A stretch of 64,000 nucleotides of DNA from Eledone cirrhosa (GCA_964016885.1 OZ024745.1:69378001-69442000); one strand, 5' to 3'. Shown: positions 1-14,525, counted from the stretch's first letter. The notes: generated by a model not told the origin, from the letters alone. Numbers and translations: made by a program.

Positions 1-190
1 TACAAACACACCGAACGTTATAATAAATGTTCGGTTCAATCCATACGTACATATATATATGTGCGCATGTATATATATACATACTACTGTACGTCTGTAT
101 ACATATATGTATGTACGTATACATACTTATATTTAAGTAACAGCCGTACTAAGAGTGGGAAATGAAATTTCGTTTCATTTTTTCCGTTTA
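1..190 (+). repeat. 3' part of the ~440-bp HHR-bearing repeat family (same family as 25453-26835), cut by the window edge
   Basis: ccgaac..ataataaatgttcgg and tactactgtacgtctgtatac match 26700-26835. tttaagtaacagccgtactaagagtgggaaatgaaatttcgtttcatt matches the reverse complement of 25630-25680. Confidence 0.8.
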
Positions 191-475
191 TATATATATG
201 TATATATATATATGTACACATATATATACATATGTACATATATATATATATATATATATGTATATACATATGTATTTACATATATATATATATGTGTGTG
301 ATTGATACATGTGCACACACACACACACATATATACATATATGATTGTATTTAAAGTATGTGTGAGGTAATCACAAATAATATTGTATTCAGCTTAGTGT
401 ACTCTACGTAATGCACAAGAGGATCTATTTACTCCGGAGTATAATGATGGTCATGACGTACAAGTCAACTGATTA

Positions 476-518
<43 letters not shown>

Positions 519-793
519 GGAGGTGAGTTTTATTGTAGTACAATAAAGCAATGCATCGGATAAGAAGCACTCTACAGTTTGTAGGACTGGAGTATACATA
601 ATATATAAGATCAAAAGATGGTTAAATGAGTTCCATGTATTTTATTATGCGCATTTCAATAACAACCCGAAACAGTACTTTATGTTAAGACTGTATGGAT
701 CTGAACAATCAATGATCACCGAATGGTACATCAGTTCTGTTTTTCGATCAATCAGAACAACCATCGTAACCGACAGATGTCCCCTAAGACATC

Positions 794-825
<32 letters not shown>

Positions 826-856
826 AGAACAAAAGATGGTTAAAGGAGTTCCATGT

Positions 857-925
857 ATTTTATTATGCGCATTTCAAAAACAAACATCATCATGCAATAA
901 CATTTGTGTTTTCATCAGATAAAAT
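857..925 (-). ncRNA. Type I hammerhead ribozyme (inverted copy)
   Basis: Reverse complement of the 1025-1093 motif; substitutions in stem II swap G-U and G-C pairs. Confidence 0.75.
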
Positions 926-1024
926 AGGAGGACATGATATGAAGGTTAAAAAACACTTGTGGATATGTTGATTTAAAACTGCACTATCCACAAATGTTTT
1001 TTAACCTTCATATCATGTCCTCCT

Positions 1025-1093
1025 ATTTTATCTGATGAAAACACAAATGTTATTGCATGATGATATTTGTTTTTGAAATGCGCATAATAAAAT
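1025..1093 (+). ncRNA. Type I hammerhead ribozyme
   Basis: attttat-CTGATGA-aaacacaaatgttat(tgcatg)atgatatttgttttt-GAAA-tgcgca-TA-ataaaat. Stem I is 7 bp, stem II is long, and stem/loop III is palindromic (atgcgcat). Confidence 0.8.
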
Positions 1094-1134
1094 ACATGGA
1101 ACTCATTTAACCATCTTTTGATCTTATATATTAT

Positions 1135-1165
<31 letters not shown>

Positions 1166-2551
1166 CAGATATATATATATAGTAAGATGTACACAAGCAC
1201 CCGACTTGAATGATAAAGTTATATCTGTATAAATACAGAGTGTTGAACCGAGGCTGCACCGATGTGTATAATAATAGGCACATATCTCCCAAAAATGGTT
1301 TAACATCTAACTTTGTTATGTTATGTTTACATTGCTCAGAATTATGCATTTGTTTCTAGAACACATATACTCATTAACGTATGGGAGCTTCATCGTACCA
1401 CGTTATTGGGCGGTACTATACGGAGATCTAAGACCATCTAGGCAAGATACTCACACACAGAGACACGTATGTATGTTTGTTTATAACATGTATGTATATT
1501 TGTATGCATGTGTGTGTGAGTGTGTTTTAAATCTGCGATTTACAGCTCGCACTTAAGCAAGTTTAACAGGTGTTCTACAAGTTTGTATCTCTTAGGATGT
1601 TTTGTGGTTATTTTAGAACAGAACACACTAACTGCCTGATTACGAGCTTCAAGTATTAATGTATGTATATAATAGAATACAGAATTGTAGTAGAACAAAG
1701 TTCTTGTATTTTTCTTAGAAGAAAAACAGAATGTTTATGAAATTATTGATCCTGGTTTTGGTTTGAAACACAATTTTAGTCAACGGAAATTGCGAGACGA
1801 ACGTAATAACATAAAGTCGATATAACTCCATGCATTGTTGCTGTTCAACCGAGGTCAATCGTGATAAAAAATAAATTTTGATCAAACAACATGTACAACT
1901 AAAATATCCACTGTGACTCTTCTTTTCAGAAGATGGTTGGGTATGAAATTACGGTTATTTCTACTTGGCCAATATTCCTACATTGGCTTCATTAGAATGA
2001 ATATATTTAGATAAAACATTTAATGTAACTTATTTCTGAGAGGTGTAAACTATGTATAATAGTTTTGACACCTTTATGAAAATTACTAGTTTCCATGCTT
2101 TTTGAAAGTAATCCTCTTTACTATAAGAAGTAATGACTGCGTACAATTTAATAGAGCGATGAAATTTGAATATGTATGCCTTAGTTGTATCACTTAAGGT
2201 GTGTTGCATAGGTGTTTGGATGTTAGGCATAGGATCGTAAGGCCATGAGTTCGACTCCCAAAGATACGTTATGTCTTTGAGAATGACACTATTTCACGTT
2301 CCGCTAACACATTTATTTTAAAAGAATGAGTTATACCTGTACTAGAAGGGTCTAGACTTGTGTCATGCTAGATTTACCCAATACTTATGTTAAAGGCATA
2401 CGTGTGACTGAATTGGTCAATCATTTGTATATTAATTTCGCAGGAAGGCTGTACCGTTTATCAATCAAGAGGAGGTGCAAAAGTAACAACAACAACTTTG
2501 AAACCCGGGATAATAAATCTTCTCGCGTCTGTTAGTTACATTGTGTATAAT

Positions 2552-2729
2552 TGTTTCTACTTTTGGCACAAGGCCAGCAATTACCCAGTGCATTACTAGT
2601 ACTTTATGTTATCGACCCCGTAAGGATGAAAGGCAAAATTAACCTCGGCGGGATTTGAACTCAGAACGGCAAGGGCCGTAACTCTATACGTCAAAGCATG
2701 GCGTTCGACCCTCTACAAATACACCGCCC
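2552..2729 (-). mobile_element. tRNA-derived SINE with 15-bp target-site duplication
   Basis: B-box gagttcaaatccc on the minus strand; same family as 60132-60680. TSD tacattgtgtataat at 2537-2551 and 2730-2744. Confidence 0.85.
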
Positions 2730-4666
2730 TACATTGTGTATAATAGTAAGAAATTAGTATTGGAACATATCCTGCCATGTTAAAGTAGGTTTATATGCCA
2801 CTGAATCTGAATTGAACTCCAGTCAGTATTTAGTATACATGAGCAGTGGTCCAAAATATTTCAGGCAACACATTTATATCCTAGTAAGAAAATAATATTT
2901 TATTTTATTTTCATAGGAAAACGTGGTTAGGGTCAAGAAGAAACGGTAGATTGCTTATTTATGATCTCAATCCAATATAGATGACATGTAAGCCATCCAA
3001 AACAATATATTTCCACGGAGAAACGAATTTAAATCGCATTTGCTGTGTCCTCCTTAATCTGCCAAAATATAGTTCTATTTAGTGTATCTAACCATTTTCA
3101 GTTTTGCTGATTCCAGTCTTTGGGCTGATGCAGTCATCAGTATTAGAATTTAAAAAACACATTCTTAAAAACGAAGAGTCAGTGCAGTTATCGAGTGAGA
3201 TTGGCGGGAAACGCAACTGCGCGACTGAGATTTTTTATTCAATCTTTCATAATAAATTTGCTTTTCATACCACATTCATACGTGTTATAAATACAAATTT
3301 TCTCTCTCAATCAAGAGAAGGTTAGAAGAAAAATTGAATACGTATTCCATGTAGAAGTGGTAAAGGAAATTGTAATTGAAATATAATACATGTTTTTGGT
3401 AAAGGTCGTCAGCGCACGAAATTCGGCATCAATATTGACGTTTCTGGCATGCGAATGAATATACAGAATATGTCGTGAGTTGAGTAAAGTAACCAGCTCA
3501 AAGCAATGAATTGGATATACAAAAGAAAGATGGAATAAGACAGAGGAGATCATATGACTGCATATATTACAGACTGACTGGCTTTGTTCGATTGCCTTCG
3601 AGTAAAATGTATAATCATGTTCAGAATAAGGTTCTAATAATGGTTACTATTGGAATTTTTTAAATATCTTTTCATGATGTAAATAAAAGAAGAGTTGGTT
3701 GTTGCCGATATTTTTAAAATTGGACATCACCTTAATATTCATCATCCTCATTACCATTAACAAATGTCACCCACAAGTAGGTTCACGAGTTCAGTATGCT
3801 AAACTATACTCCTATATATTATATTCAGCACAATCTTTTAGACGTTCTGATGATATTAAAGAGCTGTTTCCTTTGTGTCCTTTATAATATGATAGCTACT
3901 ATTTCTGTGAAAACATATCTCCATTATAAGTTAAATTATATGATACATTTCAATCGACCTACATCGTTTAGTATTTGAGATTACTGTGTCACCGAGCCAC
4001 ATCAATCGGATGGAGATCACCATCTGCATGGAAAAGCACTGTGCGTTTGGGTTTATCCACGCGTCTCATAGATTTATATTCATTGCATATATTAACACCT
4101 TCGAGGATATATTTATAATGAAATATGACCTACCCTATTTAATCTTGAGTGATTTACTAAAATTATTAATAAATTCATTACTAGATGGTAAATGTATATC
4201 TGGGTTTTATATTAAATTATGTTTAATAATTTCAATTTAAATAAGTACGGCCGAGAATGGTATTGTTTCATAGTACTAGAGACAGCTTTAGTCGGGTTGT
4301 AATGAATTGGACTAAATTAATTATATAATAAATATTAAAATTATCAAATAAAATTAATTAAGTATTATTTTCTATCTCATTATTTCTAAGCATTTTTAAA
4401 TTAAAAAAATATCATATCAGAATAATTGAGACCACCTCACGCTAGGGAGAGTTATGCGCGATGTAGACATGACTTGACTAGCTGACATCTAGGAAGATTC
4501 ATCGGATATATTAGAAACAAGCAGTAAGGATACATGTTGAACACCCACCCACACACACTAACACACACATATGCATATGTATATATATATATTGAGTATA
4601 TTTATATATACATCTATCTATCTATTTATCTTCTCTCCCCCCTCTCTCTCTCTCTCTCTTTCCCTC

Positions 4667-4704
<38 letters not shown>

Positions 4705-5000
4705 CTAACCCCACTGAAGAGTTTCGTGGAATGGTCTTTTAAGACTATATTGTGCATTTGTAGTTTTCCCCAAATTGAGGGTTAAGTATTACTTCTTGAT
4801 TTTATTTTGAATTAAGATTGTATTGCTTTTCCCCCAACTTACGCAAAGTTTAATGATAAAGTTTTTCTTCTTGATTTGTTTTGAATTAGGATTGTATTAC
4901 TTTTCCCTCATCTTACATTAAATATTTGTTCATCTTGATGGTAAAGTCACTTATATACCTGAATTATTTTTGGCATTTTGCTTACATTAATTTTATTTTC

Positions 5001-5075
<75 letters not shown>

Positions 5076-5079
<4 letters not shown>

Positions 5080-5270
5080 CTTGATATCACCTTGACCGAC
5101 CAGTCTGTCGGGCGCCAATCGGCGCCGCCTGTCACAGCACGTTGTGCTGTTTTAGCCATAATATGACGCCATCCCACTGGCTGGGCGGGCAGGTACACAT
5201 TTCTACAGCTGAGTAAACTGGAGCAACGTGAAATAAAGTGTCTTGCTCAAGGAAACAACACATACCCGGT
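5076..5270 (-). mobile_element. Internally deleted copy of the SINE seen at 41038-41440
   Basis: Reverse complement matches ccttgagcaagacactttatttcacgttgctccagtttactcagctg and the 3' tail ggcgcccgacagactggtcgg..gatcaaggtg. Confidence 0.85.
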
Positions 5271-5271
5271 C

Positions 5272-5305
<34 letters not shown>

Positions 5306-5743
5306 AAATATTCACCCCTAGATTCCCATCGCTCTCTCATGATCATTAACATCTCTTACTACTAATACAGGCCGACTATATATGTTCACTCCACCTTTCC
5401 CTTCACTGCTCTGTATTAACATACTTTTGCTCATAGCTTCGTACTACATGCACACACATTTCTTTTTAGCTTCGTACGGACATATAACCCACACACACGC
5501 ACGCACACACACATACACACACATATACAAAAATGCTTACGGACGTGCACAAGTATAGCTCTTTTTACAAAACGGTTTATTTTCCATTTCAGCTAGACGC
5601 GCTCCATTGTCCACTTTTCTAAAAAATAAATCATACGCAAAACGCCAGCACCAACAGTTTTCCAAGAGATGTCAACACGAATGGACGTGTTATTTTTATC
5701 TAAAGACATTTTTTCCAATTCCACCATATTATTTGAACAGTCG

Positions 5744-5880
5744 GCTTCCTGATTATTTCTCCCGAATGAAACATTTCTAGTCCTGTAGAAGCTATTTCTA
5801 TATTAAATATTTATACTCTGCTATGTATTGAGTACCTTACGTACTATGGTTACCCCCGATTGAACTCGGGATAAACATAC
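5744..5880 (+). mobile_element. PLE terminal-repeat end with a degenerate hammerhead (5744-5792)
   Basis: gcttc-CTGATTA-tttctcccgaat-GAAA-catttctagtcctg-TA-gaagc, homologous to 57411-57461. Downstream tatactctgctatgtattgagtacctt matches the reverse complement of 50040-50105. Confidence 0.7.
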
Positions 5881-6029
5881 ATATATATATATATATATAT
5901 GCGCTTACCATCCCCTTTCCATAAAGAAATTATTTAACGTGGAATTAAAAACTAAATTTCCCATCCCACCCCCACTTTCCCCTTTTCTCTCTCTCGCTCT
6001 CTCTATCTTTTTTTCTCACACACATATAT

Positions 6030-6700
6030 ATTATTATTAATTTACAAGACACACCTGTTGATCTCGACAGCTCCAATTATGGCCTGATAGCTTACTGAAG
6101 CCTCAGGTAATTTGGAGTCTGTTATTATACCTCGATGAAATGTACCGTTATTTGAGGTGACGTTCGGTGTAGTTGAATCCGACATGAGGTTTCTAATTAA
6201 AGATTCATTTCAAAGAACCCTTAGGCGGCAGACATCGTGGTGTCGACGTTATCAGCTGGATTGCACCATGCCATTTTACCAACCAAGTTTCTACAGTTGA
6301 GACGACTCAATCAGATACGGAAGACATAGATTCCTTGTGTATATCCGTTAGATCGGAGGGCGTATTTTTAGAATAGGGTGTATGATCCCTGAAAATCTGC
6401 CCAAATGCTGCTAGTCTGAATATTCATGATCAATTAAAAGTGGTTAGACTATCAATAGATATAGTAGCCATGCGGGTTCTTGAGTGGGAAATAGTGCTCA
6501 GTTTTAGTAATATGAATGACGTAGAGGACGTCATTGGTACTCAAGTAATATAGAATTGGAATCCTAAACATACTTCTCTAAAGAGTTCGATGAAGTATTT
6601 CCATATCTGATCTGTGGTGCGATAATCAGAGGGAGAAATTTTCATCACGGTACAATGCATCGCCTATCTTTGGGATCATAGCTCACATAGGAGAAATAAG
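6030..6700 (-). pseudogene. Heavily decayed PLE reverse transcriptase fragment
   Basis: Minus-strand frames give IGDALYRDE (like GLYRDD), KIRPP (like NHPP) and WCNP (like WFNPP), with many stops. Confidence 0.45.
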
Positions 6701-6809
6701 CTTATGTATGTATGTGTTTATAAGTAAATATATAAATATATAAATATGCATAGATATATATATATATATAAATATATATATATATTTTATATATATATAT
6801 ATATATATA

Positions 6810-6947
<138 letters not shown>

Positions 6948-7004
6948 TATATATATAAATACACACACATACGTATATATATAGGGAAAGGGGGAGAGTG
7001 ATGC

Positions 7005-7066
<62 letters not shown>

Positions 7067-9696
7067 GTGTGTAGGAGATTAAATTCCAATATGTAACTTA
7101 CGGTTTTAAAATACTTCACGTTCAAAATCGCAATTACTACGCACTTTCATTATTCATGCAAAACAATAATCAATTATTATTATTGCACTGGTTCCCCTAA
7201 ACCTTTTCCTGTCACCACTTGCTACGAACTAAACCTGGCTGACTTAGGACGATAAAAATGTTTTCTGAGCACCATTAAATCAAGCGAAATAAACAAAACA
7301 AATAATTATACGCTAATATATAAATCAGAAAATGGCTGGCAACATTATCTGCAGGACGCCAAAATCAATAACTAAATGCTTCTTTGCTAGTCAAACATTA
7401 AACAGTATATTACCAGTGTGTATGAATATATCAAGCGTATCAATTCATTTATGAGATTCTTTCGTATATCAGTTTCATGGAATAATTAGCTGCATGCTAA
7501 AATTGGATTAACCTCCACTACTAATACTTACGTCACTGAGAATCGTTATGAACCATTTGTAGTATCAAAGCCGTATTTAGTAATTCTAGCATCCTATTAC
7601 CAATTTTGCATAAAGAACTGTTTAGGAATTATATATTTTCATCCGTGACAAAACACATTTGCAGAAGATATTAATCTTTTCTACATCATATCGGTAAACT
7701 AGAGAAATTAACATAGTTTCCAGACAGGTTGGAGATGCAAGCTGACAAAATACTGGTCTTTCTCCCATAGGTTTATCATTGAACCCATAACAGTTGGAGC
7801 GTCTGCAAATGTTTCCCTGAAGCACTGTGCTATTTTCTGCGGAAGAATGATACATGGGAAGTGGTCAATATTTTCAGCACGTTACTCACGCAATGCATTG
7901 CAGTAAATCATTTGCCAATCTGCCTTACGGGATCCCGAAGCAACAGCAAATTTTAGCGTGATGTATATTAATTATGTGCTGTCAGAACCATGTACTTATT
8001 AGATTATACCCTTAATCATAAGATACAACTGACGATATTAATGTTGCTGATGAAATTAATAAATTTATGTCGTGCAGCATGTAGCATCTACCTTGCGTCG
8101 TTTGTCATAGCCTCTAGTTAAACCAAGGTTTGTGATTGGCATTGAGTATACAGAGACTGTATGTAAGTACATCTGATGTACTGTATCTGTTAATCAAAGG
8201 TTCAGATTTGTTACATATTATTTCACATTTTGGTGGGTACGGGTATATGGAGTGTACAGTCACTTGCACGTAAATTGAACCTGCTCCTTACTCAACTGGC
8301 AATAAAACCTTCTCGATTTAAAAAAAAAAAAATGTATTTAAAATTATGAAATTTGAAGGTACCATTCCAACAACAATTTAATGAATGGAACATAGATAAA
8401 ATCGAGTGCTAGAGTGACTGTTCCTCGCTGTAATGAATGAACGCTTTATTAGGTAGTAATAAAGAAGCCTGCTTCAAACCTCAACAATATCTCAAAGCAT
8501 ATCCTATTGCCATAGAAAAGGACATAAAATACACCGTAGGCCATGTGATACAAAGGTATGGAATAGTAGTAGTTGGAATGGTTTTGTTCATAGGTTTACT
8601 GCGGTAAGGCTAAATAGCAACAGCAACAAGAAAATCATCCATTCATATGTGACCATGAAGTCAGCTAATCATATATAGTGATCGATTTGAAAGTCAAAAT
8701 AATTATTGTTTTAACCACATCCTTCCTCATTATGTTAATACATTCGCCATTCCCTTTCGTAGAACCCATTCCTAGACGCCTTTGACATCATTAAATCAGA
8801 CCCACGCAAGTTTTATCTAGACCATTAAATAAATATTCAAATTACAATGTTTTATATACTATGTTCTGAAAACTGAGTCAAATATCCTTCTGTAAATTAT
8901 GTCCATATGCAAAAATATTCCTTATTCAATTTAAATAGACAAAATTGATAATAGTCCATCGACAAAATATAAACTATCGATTCCTACGAGTAAAGCTTTT
9001 TTCCATTGATGGTGTTATACATAACAGAAATTACTGTTATCAATTAATTACAAAATTTGTCTCCGGAGAACAAAATAGTGTGATGACTATTACTGAGAAT
9101 CATAAATAATGTTTGCTGTTATTTCTTTTAACTAATGTTTATGCATTGCATCCATGATCAGCGCAATAAACCGGATGCTATGTTATATTTCAGAACATTA
9201 TTTTGCCACAAAGGACATATATGCTTAACGAGCTGGCGTGACGTCAAAAGCGTTCAAGTTTTGACCCTCACATCTTATTTATTCAGACATTCATAATCCA
9301 TATTTAAAACTGAGGTGTGGGATATAGGGTATATTTGGCTACTATTTATTGCAGAGCAAGCGAGTAGTTTAAATGTTCTTTTATTAGCTTATAGGTGTCT
9401 CATAAGCTGTGTGCCACTTTCCTTGTGTGTTTTTAAAAAGTTGCGACTTGTTGATTAACAGCAGGTTATCCTTGACCGAGTTGATATATCCTTAAATGTT
9501 TTCGCATTCAGACTATCCCATCAAATTCTAATTTAGTTATGAATATTTTATCTAACCTCTTATTCCTATAATAAAGCGGTATGAGTGGGAAACTGGAAGA
9601 AAGAAAGAGAGACAGATAGAGAGTAAACGGGCAGCGGTAGAGAGAAGTAAATAGAGAAGAGAGGGGACAGAAGGAAATGTATATATATATATAGAT

Positions 9697-9727
<31 letters not shown>

Positions 9728-9732
9728 CATAC

Positions 9733-9805
<73 letters not shown>

Positions 9806-9856
9806 TATATACACATATATATATACATATATACAAATATATCCATATATATATAT

Positions 9857-9914
<58 letters not shown>

Positions 9915-10139
9915 GGGATAACAAGTTATCGTTATAGGCAATCCACTTAGAGGTAGTCCAGTTAGAGTACTCCGTGTTGTGGATGGTATCAACGTATGGC
10001 TTAGTTTGACTCAACAAGACGCTTTCATAGTGATGCAGCGAGTTCACGGTGATTTCTATGTAGGTTATACTTGGAGTAATAACAATTCAAGAAAGAAGAG
10101 TAACATGGTTGGCTGTACAATAAGGGCATTATTCACAGT

Positions 10140-10246
10140 GCTGACGATTGTTTCGTTGATCTGGTAGGTATAGAGTTCGATAATCGCTTGATGTTGCGTC
10201 AATCGATCTCCGATACTTTGTTTACAACCAGTCAATTCATCAGAGC
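10140..10246 (-). ncRNA. Type I hammerhead ribozyme with long stem II insert
   Basis: Minus strand: gct-CTGATGA-attgactggt...accagatcaac-GAAA-caatcg-TC-agc. Confidence 0.65.
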
Positions 10247-11217
10247 GTGTGGATGTGAGGATAATACGCAAGGCATGGCTTTTATAGAAGAGTGGTGTTA
10301 GACCAGAACAACAACATCAGTAACAAACTATCTAGATACTGAATAATTAAAACAATAACATCAATATAAGTAAGAATGTTAAAACACGCATGGTAAACGA
10401 ACAGATATGATACAGATGTATCAATTGACATGCGAAATCTACCATAGGGTACTTTAGAGGTAGTAGTTGAGGGATGAATTAACTTAGATGAAGAGATAAC
10501 TAATAAAATGTACTTAGAGTCAGATCATGGAATCTACACTTTAAGTGCAATTATGATGGATTTAGATACAAGTGTGCTGTGGGTCTGAAACCCACTAGTA
10601 ATAAACCGGAAATTGATTCATGGTTTGACAGATAAGTGTTTTTTCTGTTGTATCAACTTAGTGAGATTGATGCAGTGAGTGTATAAAGATGTATGTTTCT
10701 TAGGTAGCTGGTATTAAGGGAAGTTGTAAATTCAGTATGTTAAGGTTTAGGTGGATTTTTCTAAATGTTGGGATTGCTAGTTCGAATCAAGTGGTTTGGT
10801 TTTCGCAACATCAATAACAAATAGTGCATAATTAAGACAATAACATCAACAATAAAACATGTATGGTAAATAGATAGAGAACATGAATAAAATTAGGGAT
10901 AGGCTATATTGAGATGATCATAATAATAATAAGAAGAAAATAAGAGTTTCAAAGGAGTGTAAGAGTAATAAGATAATGTACTTAGAATTAAGTTCATCTG
11001 TTATAGATCATGGGTGCTAATATGAGATATGTAGATATAATTGTGTGGTCCGGAAGAATAAACAACAGCAAAGACGAGATTGATTTATGGGCTGACAAGA
11101 TAATTGGTAGGTGTTTGTAGACATTCCTGCCCTATCTTGGTGGTATAGATGTAGGGAGAGTGGAAGGTGTTTATAAAAGTCTATGGTTCTGAAGTGGGCT
11201 GTGTGAGAATGTGGATT

Positions 11218-11538
11218 TCATACGTTAAAGTCTAAGTAGTTTTCCATTAATTTCGGGGATGTTGGTTCCAATCGCGGTGGTTTAAATCTCGTAAATCTAG
11301 TAGCAATCCTATGTCTGCAGAAAATTGACCTTTCTATTTCGCTGTTAAGTAGCATTTTATCGTACCTTAAGATATGTAGCAATTCAAGGTTGTAGAACCT
11401 ACAATGGGACATACCGCTGATATATGCCTTTGCGGCCGCTAATTTCGACCAGTTAATATTATAATCAAGGTTTTTGTCCTTAAGTTGCCAGATATTATTG
11501 GCGAGAGTTGTAGAATTCACCAGTGCACGGTTCCTCAT
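11218..11538 (-). pseudogene. PLE GIY-YIG endonuclease C-terminal fragment
   Basis: STTLANNIWQLKDKNLDYNINWSKL..AKAY....HCRFYNLE..IL.....LLNSEIE...FCRH is homologous to 45334-45750 and 50415-50666. Confidence 0.8.
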
Positions 11539-11677
11539 TGCATGTCTGTGGACATACCACCTTTTTTAAAAATCAGATGACATATCAATGTCTCAACAGC
11601 TATTGTATCGTTGAGTTTTCAAATTATTCATATAAGTTTCAAAAATGCTCTCGCTTCGTCTCGATTTTCGAGGAACA

Positions 11678-11763
<86 letters not shown>

Positions 11764-11765
<2 letters not shown>

Positions 11766-11819
11766 TAGAAATGTAAGTTATCGCCGTATTTTGACTAAAG
11801 ATATTAAATAAATTATTTA

Positions 11820-11851
<32 letters not shown>

Positions 11852-12112
11852 TGTAAGTTATCGCCGTATTTTGACTAAAGAAATTAAATAAATTATTTAG
11901 CCTGATAGGGGAGTTAAGAACCCTCGGAGAAATGGAAAAAGATGTGTATTGACGTACATGTACGTCAGTACTCATATTTTTCCATTACTCCGAGGGTTCT
12001 TAACCCCACTATCAGGCTAAATAATTTATTTAATTTCTTTAGTCAAAATACGGCAATAGCTTACATTTCTAATAATTTCAAACCCACTCGCTGTTTCGAA
12101 AATATTCTTTCT

Positions 12113-12113
<1 letters not shown>
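11764..12113. repeat. Fold-back copy of the tRNA-like-cassette repeat family (see 25000-25450)
   Basis: ~115-bp arms inverted about gacgtac-at-gtacgtc (11951-11966). ccgtattttgactaaag and tagcctgata..ggg.tt.agaaccctc are shared with 25000-25100. Confidence 0.75.
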
Positions 12114-12470
<357 letters not shown>

Positions 12471-12514
12471 TATATACCTATATATATACATATATATACG
12501 TATATACATATATT

Positions 12515-12546
<32 letters not shown>

Positions 12547-12549
12547 CAT

Positions 12550-12624
<75 letters not shown>

Positions 12625-12625
<1 letters not shown>

Positions 12626-14525
12626 TGTTCCTCGAAAATCGAGACGAAGCGTGAGCATTTTTGAAGCTCATGTGAATAATTTGAAAACTCAACGATATAA
12701 TAGCTGTGGAGACATTGATATGTCATCTATGACAGCATGCAATCGCGTAGAAATAGCTCAAAAGACAGAAATCAATGACCATTGCTCAGTAAATGAAAAT
12801 CCAAGATGGGTGATGGGTGAGAAATTATATAAAAGATTGAGAGAGGAAGCGAAGAATGAGAAGTGTGTTGACATATAGAAGTGATAGGATGAAAGAAGGA
12901 AAACAAAACAACATTTTAATTTATGAACTATACAAATACGCATTTATATCTGCCTCATCATCTCTCAAACCGGCAAGCGGTTTTGCCCGATTTATTTGGG
13001 AGGACCGCATATGATATGAGCGTGAACAGACAAACAGAACATACATAGAGACACATAAGGAGCAGAGAACAAAGTAAGCGCTTCCTGCCAGCATCAAACC
13101 ACGAGTAGAAAGCACAGTTTAACTCCTGGGGCGGATGAAGTTGCGGCAAGTAGTTGTGACAGCAGTAGCAGCAAGTACGAGAAGAGACAAATGCAGAATG
13201 GGGTAGAGAGAGAAAGCACGAAAAAGGTAGGAAAGAAAGAGAAATGAAATAGGAGAGTGAAATAGAGGGAGATAAAGGAAGAAAGAAAAGAGGGAAAGAA
13301 AGGGAAGGGAAAGGAATGTATCGAGCCTCAAGCCATGGTGCCTTTCCGAAAGCTAATAAATCATAGCTATGATAAAGGTAAATAAATAAAGATTATAGTC
13401 TCGATAATCGAAACGAAGCGTAGGCGTATTGGCAATTCATAGAAATAATTTGAAAACACAACGACTGAATAGCTGTGAAAATAGTCAAATGCCCTCAATG
13501 TCAGCATGCAAGTCGCAGACAATTACCTCAACTTTGTCCAGTGGTCGGTAAAAAGAAATGCACAGGTGCGAGGTGGGTGATATGCAGATTGAATACAGAA
13601 AAATTGACAGTGTAGGAGAACAATGAGAAGTGTGTTGGTGCGTACAAGTGATACGAAGAAAGAAGGAACAATAAGAAGTGTGTTGGCGCGTACAAGGGAT
13701 AGGAAGAAAGAAGGAATGACACACAAAGGTTTAAGTTATGAATAATACAAATTCACACACACATCTGTTAATATTTATTTATTTACCTTTATCATATCTA
13801 TGATTTATTAGCTTTCTATTTTGGATGAGCACCAAGGCTTGAGGTCAGCTACACTTCTTTTCCCTTTCATTTCTTCCTTTCGTGTTTCTTTCTTCTTTCT
13901 CTCCTCTTTTCCATTCCCTTTCTTTTCGTTTTTTCTTTTGATTTTTTCCCCTTCACAACCCACTCTTTTCTTCTCTTCTCGTACATCCTGTTCTTGCTGT
14001 CACATATGCTTGCTGCAACTTCCACTACCCCAGGAGTTTTACTATGCTTTCTAACAGCGGTTTGACACTGACAGAACGCGCTTACATCGTTCTCTCATCT
14101 GTCACTCTTCTGTTCGTCTTATCGCGCACATATCATGCGAGCAGAAATATTTAATTTCTGTTGCAGGTGCTGGGAAATTGTGGATCCATCTCACTAAAAT
14201 TGTGCAAAACCGCTTCCCTGTTTAGGAGCTGATAAGGCAGATGTATGTGAATTCGTATCGTTCACACATTAAAATTTTGTCTTACTTTCCTTCTTTCTTC
14301 CTATGTTTTCTACGTGCTAACACACTTCTCCTTCTTTTACTCTGTCTCAATGTTTTCTATGTTCCATCTGCCTAACGTCCACCTCGCAGCTTTGTTTTAC
14401 TCTTTACTGGCTACTAAATACTGTCTTTTGAGATATTTTTACCCAACCTGTATACCGTCATTGACGACATTTTACTATTTTAACAGCTATTCTGCCGTCG
14501 AGTTTTCAAATTATTTCCATGAATA
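12625..14525. repeat. Old non-coding repeat: ~770-bp unit, partial tandem copy, then inverted copy
   Basis: 12625-12960 resembles 13400-13770 (direct). 13770-14525 resembles the reverse complement of 12670-13390. An inverted end fragment is at 11575-11680. Confidence 0.65.

Larger units (their letters stand above)
604..1128. mobile_element. Short PLE-like terminal-repeat insertion with fold-back (inverted) arms
   Basis: 821-962 is the reverse complement of ~987-1128; a third partial copy starts at 604. Each full arm carries a hammerhead motif. Confidence 0.7.
9915..11550 (-). mobile_element. 5'-truncated Penelope-like element (GIY-YIG C-terminus plus 3' terminal region)
   Basis: ORF 11218-11538 followed by ~1.3 kb of non-coding DNA that contains a hammerhead and ends at (TA)n. 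Confidence 0.7.

Noticed and set aside
4712-4760. ctgaaga hammerhead-like start (also ctgatga on the minus strand at ~19175)
   Set aside because: No matching GAAA/UH/stem I found.
7622-7855. Cys-containing 77-aa minus-strand ORF with a possible splice acceptor
   Set aside because: No recognisable domain or partner exons; compatible with chance.
13320-13345. cctcaagcc resembling a twister ribozyme loop
   Set aside because: Other twister stems and pseudoknots could not be found.
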